A stretch of 64,000 nt of DNA. Origin: Octopus sinensis. Taxonomy: Eukaryota. Under the pieces are notes generated by a model. It saw nothing but the letters and a program-made list of their open reading frames with translations. It made no database searches and was not told the origin of the DNA. The translations under genes and the position numbers were made by a program. Each line of letters begins with the position of its first letter. Within the stretch, counting starts at the first letter, position 1. Location: assembly GCF_006345805.1 (NCBI RefSeq), contig NC_043014.1:26784001-26848000 (forward strand), written 5' to 3'. Positions 26,301-39,940 of this stretch are shown here, piece after piece.

Positions 26301-27370
26301 ATTGTGCCAAAATTTGAAACCAAAATATATCAGTGGTAAGGAAACAAAAAAAAAAAATGGGGTTTGTTTTTTGTTTTAAAAAGTCTCTATTGATATTTGT
26401 TTTGCCTCAAGTTACAGACATTCCATTGTGACTAGTTACCAGAAAAGTAGTGGACCACCCCATTGGAAACTTGTAGCCAACAATGTTAATGCTCACTAAC
26501 CATAATATAATAATGGATAAATAAATAAGTGACAGAGAACAGAGTAACACTGAGCTCACTACCCACCAACATCATCATCAATTGTAAATAAGGTGAAAGT
26601 TCAGAGCAAGCAGGAGCAGGATTCACAAATGGTTAACTGTCATTAAATTTATCGTAGACAGGTTATGTATCTGTTTGGTTACACAAGAAAGTGACAGAGC
26701 ATGACTCCATAGAATACAACGGATTAACAATAAAAGAAAAATATGAAAAATGGAAATGAAGATCTCAGAACTTCAATTATTTCTGTGGTATTAATTATGG
26801 CAAGAATTACCATTAACTTGCTAAAAGAAAATGTCATCATACAATCACAGAGATTTAGAAATAAACAAAACCAAGGAATTAGACCACAATAGATTTCTAG
26901 ATTAGCTAGAAATAACAGTTAAATCCCCTTCAAATATTACCCTACTACCTTAAAACGAAAAGACACACTATATAACGTAACCTAACATACAGTGTGCACC
27001 CAACCCCAAAACACACAAGGTCATGGTTGAAGTGAAACACTTTTGATCATATATACACCATGATAGGTAACCTGGAAATAAGTAATAATTAACAAAAAAT
27101 GTTAGAGAAAGGGATACAGTTAACAAACTGCGCCACCACCATCATCACTGATATTAGCAGAGAGTTAAGTTATACAAAGTGAATAATACATTGTGTGTGT
27201 TTGTGTGCACACATGTATATGTGCTTGTAATTCAGAGGTGTAAAATAAACTCAGATCAAAATTGCTAGAAGAGTGAACGGGATGTCTAGCAGGTGGTAAA
27301 CTCAATCCATAACTGACCAGGGGACAAAACAACACTAACAACCTTTAAAACTCATTCCTTCCCCACCAGC

Positions 27371-27408
<38 letters not shown>

Positions 27409-29326
27409 TAATAGCTTCTATCTCTGTTTTTCTTAAAATCTAAGGAGGAGAGAGAGATCTTTATGAATGATGTACTTTACTTACAACTGATGATGATGAT
27501 GATATACAAAATTATTTACAATCAAAAACCCATAATTACATCCCAAAATACCAAATAGTATTAAGTTATTACAAAAATTTTCTTTTCTCTTATACCAAAC
27601 CCAAATACCATATTTACACCAAAATGTCAAACTTGCAGTGATTTCAATCCCACCACCCAACCATTTATATTCCAATCACCTCCAATCAATGAAATATTTC
27701 AGTTTCAAGATGTACCTTTTACCTACCTACTACCTATGAGACAGATTTCCCTCTATATCAATTTCCAAGTAAAACACTAATTCCCTGTAAATTGTCAATT
27801 GCTCTTTTTAACTCCCACAAGGACATCACAAGTAAAAATAAATGCTGCCATGGGTGCTCCCATGGAAGAGACATCTGGGGGATGTTACCCTAGTTTTTCA
27901 AACAGCAACAAACATGAACCCTGATGCTGAGAGGAATACTCAGGAGACTAATAATACTTAATGTTGATTCACAGACATTACTATAGCTAACATCCTCTTA
28001 GTATCAAATAATCAAATGAGAGGAGGCAATACACCTTGTGTTTAACAGCTCTCTGATATGGTGAATAAGTTAGGGTGTGTAAGCTCATTTGCAAATGTGG
28101 TTGCATTGAGAACCAAATAGCTACAGTTTGGTTGAGGGACAGAAACAACTAGAGCAGAAAGAAATGGTTTAGTGTGTGTATGTGTGCGTGTGTAAATGTA
28201 TATAAAGCATAAGGATAAGCCAAAGAAGCAGCCTAGACATAGTTACTAGACCTACGAGACATAACAGCAAAATCACCCTTAAATCATACCCAGCTATCTA
28301 AGAAAAGAACACCTTGGACAAAGTGGTCCTAGGTTAAATATGCCAAAAAAGGAAAAGAAAAAGAGATGGTGTGGCCATGGTTGGCCTGCCTTTGATCATG
28401 GGTCTGTTCAATTAGAACTGACATGCAGTTGAACAACAATATGAGGATAAAATGGATATGATCAATGACTGAAACCAGTAAGAAATAACAAATATGTATG
28501 TATATATCTATATGTATAAAATTCAGTTTGTGTGTGTGATATTTACCTTTTTTTATTGACATTTCATTATTAATGTACAATTGTCATCTTAGTTTATTAT
28601 GTGATATTTCTTGACATAATGTCTCCAAAGAAGAGATCCTCCATTGGTCAAAAAATGGAGGTAGCAGAGAAATTGAAAAGGAGAGCAAACGAATCGTTAC
28701 GTGAAATTTTAATTAGACAATCACAAAATGCTGCATGTACAGCTACTACAAGAGCAATGGAAAGTGATGAGCAGTGTAGTATTCACCTGGCTGGGAATAC
28801 TGCATTAACAACTTCAGCCAATCCCTACCCCCTTATCACATCATTTCTTTCATGTAGATTTCTCTCATGTGGTTGTTGAGCACACCCACAGGCTTAATTT
28901 ATCACATGGATGTAGTTCCTATGTCTGCTGATTGTTCAGCATGGTAGCGGCAGCACCGACAGCCACAAAGGAAAGTATATCCACTGAGAGCATTTTGATG
29001 CATTCAAAAATCACATAACTCCACCATGACAAGGTTAGGGCCTGGAATCTCCCAAGCAGACACATGACATGTCACTTAGTCAAATTAGCCCTTCATTTAC
29101 TCCACAAATGCTTTGTTGTCAATACTGCACTTCCCCGTATGACATATTTCAACTTAACTGTACCATATATACAAACTATTCCATTTAAATCCCAAGCAAC
29201 ACTAGGTATGTCTGCTAGTATACACACACAAACGCATGCATATATACATACATATATATATATATACGCACACACACTCATATATTTTCTACAACACATA
29301 AGTATCTTTTCTATCACAAAAGTTTA

Positions 29327-29384
29327 CTAACTGCTACGGTGGTCAGCTCCAACAGCATCAGACACAGAAGAATAGCCATCTTTT
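29327..29384 (-). CDS. DHODH: DHODH exon 9 (terminal coding exon)
   Basis: ctttcag|A AAA GAT...AGT TAG; (Q)KDGYSSVSDAVGADHRSS*. Confidence 0.95.
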
Positions 29385-29953
29385 CTGAAAGAAGAAAATT
29401 AAGAAAATAGTTAAAAAGTGGTGACTGAATTGTCTATAAAATCCTAAAAAGATTTAGTGAGGATAGATGGGGGTTAACAAGGCCAGACAGATTGAAGGAT
29501 ATACAAACAAGCTCTCTCTAAATATACATATATTATACATACATATTCAGTCATTTATTTCACACGTCTTTCCATGCTAGCATGAGTTAGATGAATACAT
29601 ATTGTTGACGCACTGTCTTACAGCTGGATGCCTTTCCAGTCACTAACCCTAATCTGTTTTTCAAGTAAGGGAGTTTTCGTTCCACTTATTTTTAAACTCC
29701 TGGACAATTTATTGGCAGGGAAATGCCAACATCACTGTCCATAACTCCACAGTGACTGTAATTATCCACACATTCACACATATATATCATGGACTCTACA
29801 GTTTCCATCACTTCAATCAACTCACAACACAAGAATAGATCAGCTAGGTTGTGGGCATGCCTGTAAATATACATACATACATATATATATATATAATATA
29901 TATATATATACACATACATACATACATACATACATACATGCATACATACATAC

Positions 29954-30006
<53 letters not shown>

Positions 30007-30260
30007 AAAGTGCATAGCCTAATTGTTAGACTGTTGCACTCATGATTGCTAGGTTGTGAGCTTGATTCCCAGATCGGACAGTCTGTTGTATTCTTGACCA
30101 AAGCACTTCATTTCATGTTGCTCCAGTCCCCCTTTTGATCAAGGGGGAATGTTGGCCTAGTCACCTACCCAGCAGGGTAGTGTCATTTGAAGCCTAAAAT
30201 AATGCAAAAAGTGTAGTCACATGATATACATACATACACATGCATATAGATATAGTCAAC

Positions 30261-30459
30261 ATAAAGGAATTCATGAATGCAGCAAGGCTGTGAAGACAGC
30301 TTAGAAAATGCCCTTTTGAAAACAGGAAAAAGTGGCCAACAACCCTCTACAGGGGATTGAACCCTGCATTTCTCAAACTCTAGCTGAGTTGGAATTTGAG
30401 AGCTGCAGGGTTTGATTTACCCAATTTTCTAAGCTTCCTGCATTCACGAATTCCTTTAT
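30261..30459. mobile_element. MITE-like element (about 200 bp) with TIRs and an internal palindrome
   Basis: ataaaggaattcatgaatgcag ... ctgcattcacgaattcctttat; inner aaccctgca...tgcagggtt. Confidence 0.65.
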
Positions 30460-30533
30460 TTTTTGTAAAATACCATCACGTGTCACTTATAAGCTTTTTT
30501 TTTGTTCCCCCTGATGCAGCGCCGTTTGTTTGA

Positions 30534-30652
30534 CGCTTACAGCACCTAGGTTTCCCAAGCAGTCACCCATCTAAGTACGAAGTAGGCTCAACATTGCTTA
30601 ACTTTGGTGATTGGATGAGAACTGGTGCTTTCAACGTGATATGGCCGTAAGC
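30534..30652 (-). pseudogene. 5S rRNA pseudogene (retroposed-like)
   Basis: Minus strand GCTTACGGCCATATCACGTTGAAAGCACCAGTTCTCATCCAATCACCAAAGTTAAGCAATGTTGAGCC...GTACTTAGATGGGTGACTGCTTGGGAA...GTGCTGTAAGC. Multiple CpG-decay changes, no T-run terminator, A9 tract about 30 nt downstream. Confidence 0.88.
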
Positions 30653-31636
30653 AAAAAATGCATTTCAAGGGAGGTGCGAAACTACATTAGGCCCCATTTT
30701 GTCCAGCATGCTAACGATTCTGCCAGCTTGTTTATAATATATAACAAAATATTAGCACCAAGCAGTGTTTAGGCATAAGCAAAATTTAGGTTAGTTAAAA
30801 TATGTTTCTGGCATATTTCAACTACAAAAAGTCAAATTCACTTCAGTTACCGTAGAGAAAAAAATTTTTTTTAGGTCAAAAGGTCTGAAAACAACCTATT
30901 TGTTCAGTGTTGCTATCTGTCGGATTCTCAGACATCAATATTTCAAGTTGGCTTTTATCAATGAGAAGTACCTAAGATAGGTAACTCTGAACAAATCTTA
31001 TAAGGCAATAGCTTTATATAAAATACAGTCAATGTTGTGGACTGATTTGTGCTGGTTGAGGAAATATATCTATAACTATATAAAATATATAACACTATAT
31101 AAAATAACAACAGACACATTTTAACTTAGAATTATTTGGTTGGAGGTTCAATCTTACAGTTTCTGGAAACTTAAGTTGAATAACTTAAAATTGTACATTA
31201 TAGCAGGAATTTTAAGTTGTTCAATGGCTACTTTCAGAGACATTTTCTAATTCTATCTCAACATCTAAAGTCACTCATTGGCTATATCTTATGACAGCCA
31301 CACAATCACTAGAATTCAAAGAAACTCAGGGTGAGGTATTAACCTTTTCTATATTTAGCTTTCTTCCACATTCTTCCAGGACTCACTATATGACCTGATA
31401 CTTTATACAAAGACCACTTTCCCCAGTTCTTCTTCCATTAAACTGCAACCCTTTTAAATACTTATCTCCTTCATACATATCCCTTATTTGCTAGCTAATC
31501 CATAACAATACAAATGAAACATTAAACTAATTTTCCTTAGCCATTACAGTGCCTAACAAGCATGATTCAAAATAGTAAAGAAAGAAAATTTTAAAAAAAT
31601 TATAAAAGAGTAAAAAGTGAAAGAAAAAACACTCAC

Positions 31637-31796
31637 TGTAGAAGTTCTGCTAATTCTCTTTTAATTCGGTTAACGACAACAGGACCTTGATATGTCATGA
31701 CAGTATAAAGCTCTACCAGACTAGCACCAGCTCGGATTTTGTCATAGGCATCTTTTCCTGAGCTGATACCACCAACTCCAATGATTGGAATTTTTC
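31637..31796 (-). CDS. DHODH: DHODH exon 8
   Basis: gttatag|GA AAA...CTA CA|gtgagt, 160 nt; (G)[52 protein letters not shown](Q). Confidence 0.97.
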
Positions 31797-31854
31797 CTAT
31801 AACAAATTGCAAAATAAAAAAAAAAAAAAGCTAAATATATTACTTTGTTTTAGG

Positions 31855-32225
31855 CATAGGCATAGCTGTTTGGTAAGAAGTTTGCTTCCCAACTACATGG
31901 GTCCAGGTTCAGTCCTACTGTGTGACACCTTGGATAATGGGTAGACCAAAGCCTTGTGAGTGGATTTGGTAGGTGGAAATTGAAAGAAACCCATTGTGTG
32001 TATATGTCTTTCTCTATATGTTTGCCCGTTACCCACCTCTTGACAACTGGTGTTGGAGTGTTTACATCTGTGTAACTTAGCAGTTCGGCAAATGAGACTC
32101 ATAGAATAAATACAAATTTTACAAAAAAATAAGTACTGGAGTTGATAAGTTCAATTAAAATTCTTCAAAGTGGTGCCCCAGCATGGCCACAGTGTAATGA
32201 CTGAAACAAGTAAAAGATAAAAGAT
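31855..32225 (+). mobile_element. tRNA-derived SINE; a second copy at about 32432-32790
   Basis: Head ggcataggcatagctgtttggtaagaag...ggttcagtcct; tail tgactgaaacaagtaaaagataaaag. Confidence 0.8.
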
Positions 32226-33121
32226 CATTTTGGGTCCCTTTTTCTCCTCAGATTCATTTATCAGCAGGTGTAAAAAATAATGTGGTTGGTTACAGGTCTA
32301 CAATTGGACGAACACTTGTTCACAACATTTCTGATGGTGAGATTGATGGAGAGGGTCTATGCAAAGCATAACAAGTATCATAAAAGACCACATTTGAAAG
32401 CAACTGCTTTCTTCCTATTTTTCTTGACAATAGGCGTAGGCATGGCTATGTGGTAAGAAGCCTGCTTCCCAACCACATGGTTCTGGGTTCAGTCCCACTG
32501 TGTGGCACCTTGGGCAAGTGTTTTCTATTTTAGCCTTGTGCCAACCAAAGCCTTGTGAGTGGATTTGGTAGACAGAAACTGAAAAAAGTCCATTGTATGT
32601 GTGTGTGTGTGTATGTTTGTCCCCCACCATCGCTTAACAACTGATGTTAGTATTTTTACATCCACATAGCAGTTCAGCAAAAGAGAGCGATAGAATAAGT
32701 ACTAAGCTTACAAAGAATAACGCCTGGGGTACATTTGTTTGACTAAAAACAGTGCTCCAGCATGGCCACAGTCAAATGACCGAAACAAGAAACTGGAAAA
32801 GTTAGGGTGGGCACTAGAAATGGAGATGTCTAAGTTAACAGAAATAGTGAATGTGAATTCTAAGGTACAATGGGAGGAGTTTTGACAAAAATGAGAAGAC
32901 TGGGTACGTAAGGGAGATGGCAGTGAGACAGTCTACTATGCAACAGGAGTAGAGTGACACAAGTGAAAGTAAGTGAAAGTCTGAGCTTCAAAGTGACCAA
33001 CAAATAAGTTAGCATATTTAGGTGCCATTATGGTGTCTATGACCACTCTCATAACTTGTTGCAAAAAGAGCTTGGTAAAGGATAAGTAAAGGTTGGCAAG
33101 GTGTATGTGTATATATATATA

Positions 33122-33167
<46 letters not shown>

Positions 33168-33260
33168 TGAAATGGATAAATGAATTATCTTGTTACGGAT
33201 TAAAATAATAAAAAGGAATTTTGAAAAATCTTCGTTCAGCTCCATTTCTTCCCTCACTAA

Positions 33261-33316
<56 letters not shown>

Positions 33317-33319
33317 GCC

Positions 33320-33645
33320 AGCGCCGCCTTGACTTGCTTCTGTGCCTGTGGCACGTAAAAAGCACCATCCAAACGTGGCCGATGCCAGCACCGCCTTGAC
33401 TGGCTTCCGTCCCGGTGGTACATAAAAAGCACCAATCCAATCGTGGCCATTGTCAGCCCTGCCTGGCACGTAAAAAGCACCCACTACACTCACGGAATGG
33501 TTGGCATTAGGAAGGGCATCCAGCTGTAGAAACACTGCCAGATCAGACTGGAGCCTGGTTCAGCCTTCTGGCTTCCCAGATCCTGGTCGAACCGTCCAAC
33601 CCATGCTAGCATGGAGAACAGACGTTAAACGATGATGATGATGAT
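33320..33645 (+). mobile_element. RTE 3' end / SINE with (GAT)n tail
   Basis: Same family as 930-1266. Confidence 0.85.
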
Positions 33646-33689
33646 ATGTGTATATATATATATATATATATACTTTATTGTTATTAAAG

Positions 33690-34050
33690 CTGCAAAAACA
33701 TCACAAAAATATCACAAAAAACTGATTTACAGAAGCAAATATGGACTTAAATCTTTCAAAAATCCATCACCTATTTCAGAATTGGAAACCTTTGAAAAAG
33801 ACCTTTTTGGGCTTATTAGAAAAATTGAATTCTGCAAATTCAATGATCAACTCCAGAGAGATATGAAGGAAAAAATTAGAGACATAAAGAACTCAGATAA
33901 GATCTTCGTAAACTCCAACAAGACAAAAAACTTATATGTGGTTGACAAAAATGTTTATAAACATCTACTTTCGAACAGCATCAGAAACACCTACAAAAAA
34001 GATAATGCAAATTTATATAAAGAGGTAAATTTGGAGGCAAGAAGAATTTG
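33690..34050 (+). mobile_element. Penelope-like element fragment (region N-terminal to the RT core)
   Basis: ELETFEKDL...KIFVNSNKTKNLY...YKHLLSNSIRNTYKK...VNLEARRI resembles the ADKTxNxY...YxxLL...ITxxYKK...INxEA stretch of PLE RTs. Confidence 0.65.
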
Positions 34051-35028
34051 AGTACTTCATGTAGGTCTCTGAGCAGGTATCGCCAAGCTTTTGGCAAAAT
34101 TTGATGCAGATTCACAGCTCGACTTTCTCTGTCATGGTCAATGCAATGATCACACACGACACACCTTCCTTCAGCAAAGGAAAGCTAGAATGCTAAAATC
34201 TTAGTGTGCATGCACAGAAGAGTACAAGGTCAATCTGTGCCAAGCAGCTTTACTCTGTGTGCTCTAGCCTCATTACTATGGCAACAGTCTTGATACTTAT
34301 TGATCAGCCCTCATATATGCATTACACAAATGCATCTTTGCTGGTACCATGCAAAAAGCACCCAGTACACTATGTAAAGTGGTTGGCATTAGGAAAGACA
34401 TCCAGTCATAGAAAACATGTCAAAACAGGACAAATGGAACCTAGTGCAGCTTACCAACTCCAGTCAAAGCAGCTGACCCATGCCAGCATGAAAACAGATA
34501 TTAAATGATGATGATGCAACAATCCTATCTTGTTTGTTTCCACATACCTCTTTGTAAATTGTTGACATAGGATCAATGTTGAGAACACCTTGAGAGTAAC
34601 ATCTAGGTTGTTACTGTTGGTGCCTGGGACAGCAGCATCTGGAGAAAACACACACACCATCTATCCTTCGCTTGTTTTCCTTGTTGACAAATGATACAGA
34701 GACATGACTGTATGTGAGTGCATACATGTGTACACTTTTGTATTTATATGTATGTGTATTACACGGGGGGATCTTCTTGTTTTTACTAATTTCAGTCTGT
34801 GGCCATGCTGGAACACCAGCTTGAAAAATGTGTATATGTATGAGTGTGTAGTCAATCGCATAAAATCACACACCCAGAAAGGAACATATCTCATAATGTG
34901 TCATAGCTTGCCAGTAAATAGGAAAAAGGCAAGAGGGATCTACCCAAAATATCTGTGATCATAGGTCTGTTCAATCAACATTTAAAAAAAAAAAGAAAAA
35001 ACTGTTAAAGTCAAAGAACAGAAGTTAC

Positions 35029-35182
35029 CTTGAGTCAAAGAATACATATCACTAAGTATCTGTGTAGACATTTCGCGCAGTGGTACACCACTAAGTCCTC
35101 CAGTTTCCTTCCGGTTTTTACTGATCAAGCTTTTGTCTCGAGATACGGTGGTATTGCTGATTATTAAACCATCAATAAGACT
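35029..35182 (-). CDS. DHODH: DHODH exon 7
   Basis: ctgccag|AGT...CAA G|gtaact, 154 nt; [51 protein letters not shown](G). Confidence 0.97.
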
Positions 35183-38100
35183 CTGGCAGAAAGAAAAAAA
35201 CAAACAAAAATAATAAACAGACAAGACATACATCATGTAAATGTAATGGTCATCCATCATTGTCGACAATGACCAGAACATCACATGGGAGAAAAAGATG
35301 GGTTACAGTGCATCTGGCTGTGGCCAATCAGGCCAATGCATGCTCAGAAGTTTCTACCACAGGTCAGGCATTGGTGATCTGCTTTGAATGAGGCAGGGAG
35401 TTAGCTCTGGACTTATGCAGCTCATGTTTTCTTTGTACTCCTGCCACTAAGTGGTTGCTTGACCAGCAAGAAATAGCAGTTGAATTTCCATCAAATAACA
35501 ATTTCATCAAAAGCCTTTGTTGCCTGTTGTAGACAACTTGAATATCTACACTTCGAAAGTTCTTCTCCGAGGTTTAAGTCAGGGCACGGTTTTACTACAA
35601 AAAAATAGCAATTGCTCTAGTTTCCCTGCAAGACAAATACTTAAAAATATTCTTGTCAGATGCTCAAAGTATTTCACCAATCCATTGCCTTGAATTGGTT
35701 TCTTATTTATCAATCCCCTAAAAGGATGAAAGGTAAAGTTAATCTCAGCTGAATTAGAACTCTGAGCGCATAAAGTTAAAACAAATATTGCAAAGCTTTC
35801 AACCTGATGCTCTAACAATTCTGCCAATTCACCATCTTCACATCATCATTTAACGTCCAGTCTTCCATATATGAATCGGACAGAACTTGTTAAGGTAGAT
35901 TTTGCCCGGCTCTCACCAGTTTCTAAGCAAGGTAATATTTTCCTACATACGTTTTATGAAAGACTGAAACAACCAACATCCCTTGTATGCTAATACATGG
36001 TGCATTTACATCACATGTCTAGATTAAAGTTCACACACACACACACATACATAACTAAATACATAGGTGCAAAACAAGGTGGGGAAATAGTACCCAAATA
36101 AGGCAGAGTGATACAAAAAGACAAAAAAATCTTCACAATCTATGGAAACTCTTTTGGCTTTAATAAAATTATACACACACACATGTATAGTGGTTTTACC
36201 AATATTCACTTTCCTGTTCTGTCGATTTGTTCCAATTTGCATCTAAAATCAACTGGAAACTGTAAGTAACTGAAAGTTCTCTACTTATACAAATTCAAAT
36301 CCATCAAACGGATATTTGAAAATATGAAGCAGATTCTATATTATTATTCGTGACACCTTTTAGCATTTAAGCCTGCCATATCTGGGCTCTAATATTCTAT
36401 CTGTTTTATGTTCAAATCAGCCAGATCTGGCCTCTCACATCTACCCTACAATGCCATTTTAAAAATAAATAATCATTGAAATCTTGAAGCTACACAATAA
36501 TGCCTGATCAACTCAAAACAATGTGAATTAATAAGCTTTACATTTGACAGAGTAATCTGAATGCCAAAGGGTTAAAGAGATTTTGATTAAGAAAATAAAT
36601 TACATAGAATATATCCATGCAACAGTTTTGTGTAAGGAATGCTTTAATTAAGATGATTATCACATTATAAAGTTTTTGCATGAATAATAATGTTTAAAAA
36701 TAAATATTCCAATAGGTTTTCTAGGAAAATTATTTCGATGAACATATCAGCTTTGTAAAAATATTTTGATTACTGTTTGTTGTATACTTTTTAATTCTTC
36801 AAGCTGAAATCGATAGGCAATGGTCAAGATTGCCTATAATGGATACATAGTGATTCTTTTTACTTGTGTATGTATTTCTGTGAGAAAAAAAATACAAAAT
36901 AGATTTCTGAGTTCAACACAGGTTGAAGCAAAACTAAGAAATCACTCTACCTTGACCTGACATTTGACAAGATATGTATTGCACATTCAATACATGTAAA
37001 ATATAAATATCTCCTCAGCTGCAAAGAGAAGTAAGTATACTTGATAAATGTAATATATTTTTAAACTCTATGTGAAATGATGCATGAATACTTAATGCGC
37101 AAATGCATAGTGAAATGCTGCATCAAATTATTTGAATACATGGCTTTTATATTCCAGTACTCTGTCCATTTACCCATGTTGCTTCTAAAGTTATATAATC
37201 AGAGCTTTAGTTAAAGAGACCTGAAGGGTTATAATTCAGGCCTCTTCCACAAAATCTAGCTATAATATTCTTCAGTGTAGATGGTAATCTATACTGAAAT
37301 TCTAATTATGGAGAGAACCTATGGAAGGGGTAGACCCAGGAAGACATGGGACAAAATGGTGAGAAACGATCTTCAGACATTGAGCTTAACTGAGATGACA
37401 AGAACCAAGACTTCTGGCAATTTGTTGAGCTTGAGAAGACATGTTAAGCTAAGAAAATCATGGTCATCTATACATACAGGCAAATCCTTTATGGCCATGC
37501 ACTCCACACAAAGACACATACATAATTCTGTCTTCTATCAAACTTCTCCACAACTCATCCTCTTCCACACCCCCACCACCCACTGCAGGCTCCACCATTT
37601 TCCCTCACAAACCCACCTCCACTTCCAATTCCTCTCAACATCACTTCTACATATTTGCCATACACCCACCCTAATTCCCCTCCAACATCACTATCTTTAA
37701 ACAACTTCCCTTACACTTTTATGGAACATCCTCCTCTATGCCCTATGGACTATTTATACAAGCCCCATTGTTACCTGTAGGCAGGCCCTAACTCGCTCTC
37801 TCTTAACTTCCTCTCCTCCTTTGTGCTACAGAAGTAGCTAAGTACCTCCTCAATAATAACAGGGCTTCCTCTGTCATACTCTAATCTCTCAGTACCACTC
37901 CCTCTCTCAGCTGAGAGGTCCTTGTCTTGTGGACTCACAAGTGCTAGTACCACATAAAAAGTACCCATGCCAGTACCATGTAATAAGCACCTGTACCAGT
38001 GCCATGTACAAGGCACCCGTGCCAGTTCCACATAACAAGCACCTGTGCCACAACCATGTATAAAGCACTGGTGCTGGCCCTACATTAAAAGCACTCTGTA

Positions 38101-38261
38101 CATTCTGTAAAGTGGTTGGTGTTAGGAAGAGCATCTCACTATAGAAACCATGCCGAAACAGACAAGTAATGCCTGGTCCAGCCCTCCAGCTGGCAAGCTC
38201 CTATCAAATTTTTTGACCCATGCCAGCATGGAAAGTGGATATTACATGATGATTATATATA

Positions 38262-39595
38262 CAGGATCATTGAATAAGGTTTCCGTGATTTTAATTGTCA
38301 ACTGTACTAGCTATAAGCAAGCAATCTGTATGAAATCAATGTCAGACTGTATAACAACTGTAGGAGTTTTGATATTTGCCACTGCATTCTCCTTGAAATC
38401 AATATTTCACTAGTGAGCATCTGGCCAGTCATTTCATGGCAACTGCACAGCAGAAAGTGCAGTGTGTGTTATAGCACACTGAGTTTAAGTCAGTTGTTTT
38501 AGTGCAACATCATTTTCAGCATACTTATGGACAAGATCCACCTACAGACAAAACCATTGTTCATTGGTTTAACTAGTTTAAAAAAACTGGAAATGTAACC
38601 ATTAAGAAATCTCCAGGCTGGCCACACACATCGGAAGAGAATGTGGAGTGTTTGAGACTGTCATGTTTGCAATAGTCCTAAGAAGTTCATTGCTCGATGC
38701 AATTTGGACTTAGTATGCTTAAAACAACAATTCAAAATGTGCTGCATAAACGCCCAAGACTGCATGCTTACAAAATTCAAATGAGACATAAAATTAAGGA
38801 AACAGATAAGCCTAAGCACACTGAATTTGCTGTAATGATGCTGAGAGAAATTGATGACGATAATAGGTATCTTAACAGAATTTTATTTAGTGATGAAGCA
38901 ACATTCCACATAAATGGTTGTGTTAACCAACATAACAGTCGGATATGGGGAGGTCAGTATCTCAATGAAGTTTTCCAATACATCTGTGATTCGCCCAAGG
39001 TTAATGTGTGGTCTGGACTCCTGCATGATCATGTTGTTAGCCCTTTCATCTTTGCAGAAAACACGATTACAAGTGCTAGTTACCTGGACATGCTAGAAAT
39101 GTATGTGTTCCCTCAAATTGCAGACATTGAAAGAGAAAAGGGAATAAATGTAATTTTCCAGCAGCATGGAATTCCTGCTCCCAACAGCCATAATGTGCAA
39201 CAAGCTCTCAACAACAGATTCCTTGGTCGTTGGATCAGAAGGAATGGTCCTGGTTTGTGGTCACCTAGAAGCCCTAACCTAATTCCTATGGACTTTTTCT
39301 TTTGCAGTTATTTTAAGAACATTGTCTACACAGAAAAAAATCCAGGATCTGCAACATTTAATAGAGAAGATCCATGTAGCAATAGCGACTGTGAATCCTG
39401 ATATGATTCAGCGCACCTGGAGGGAGGTGGACTATTGCTTAGATGTTTGCCGTGCAACAAAGGTAGCTCATATCGAAACCTATTGCGTAATGTAAGAAAA
39501 ATTTAAGATTTTGTTTTGGTATATAAATAAATAGTATACCTTTAATACAGACTTAGTAATTTAATTCTAAAATCATGGAAACCTTTTTCGATGAC
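38262..39595 (+). mobile_element. Tc1/mariner DD41D (rosa/Visitor-type) transposon, inactive
   Basis: ORF 38697-39401: FSDEATFHINGCVNQHNSRIWG, SPKVNVW, FQQHG (D changed to H), WSPRSPNLIPMDFFF, with 41 residues between catalytic positions 2 and 3. TIRs tcattgaataaggtttccgtgatttta / taaaatcatggaaacctttttcgatga; TA before the left TIR. Confidence 0.9.
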
Positions 39596-39599
39596 AATA

Positions 39600-39940
39600 A
39601 AAATTAAAATTTTGGACATAGAGTTGCCTAAGGTTTCGTATCTACAAAGCCAAAGCCTTGTAGACAGCTCGCCAGACTTTATATAAGGACAAAAAATTTT
39701 AATTTTCTATGTCGCAGACGTGAGGAAATGCTCAGAAATCGAGATTTATACTCTGTTTCAGGGGACACAACCCGTCCTCATATGTTAAGACTTAAATCTC
39801 GATTTCTAAGTGTTTCTCACGTCCGTGACATTGAAATTGAAATTTTTTGATTTTGTATAGAGTCTGACGATCTGGGCACAAGGCTTTGGCTTTGTGGATA
39901 GGAAACCTTTGATAACTCTATGTCCAAAATTAAAATTTTT
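39600..39940. repeat. Foldback/MITE: imperfect palindrome with arms of about 150 bp
   Basis: aaaattttggacatagagttg...gagattta / taaatctc...ctctatgtccaaaatt. Confidence 0.85.

Noticed and set aside
30534-30652. Functional 5S rRNA gene
   Set aside because: Solitary intronic copy with several CpG-decay substitutions in paired regions and no oligo-T terminator.
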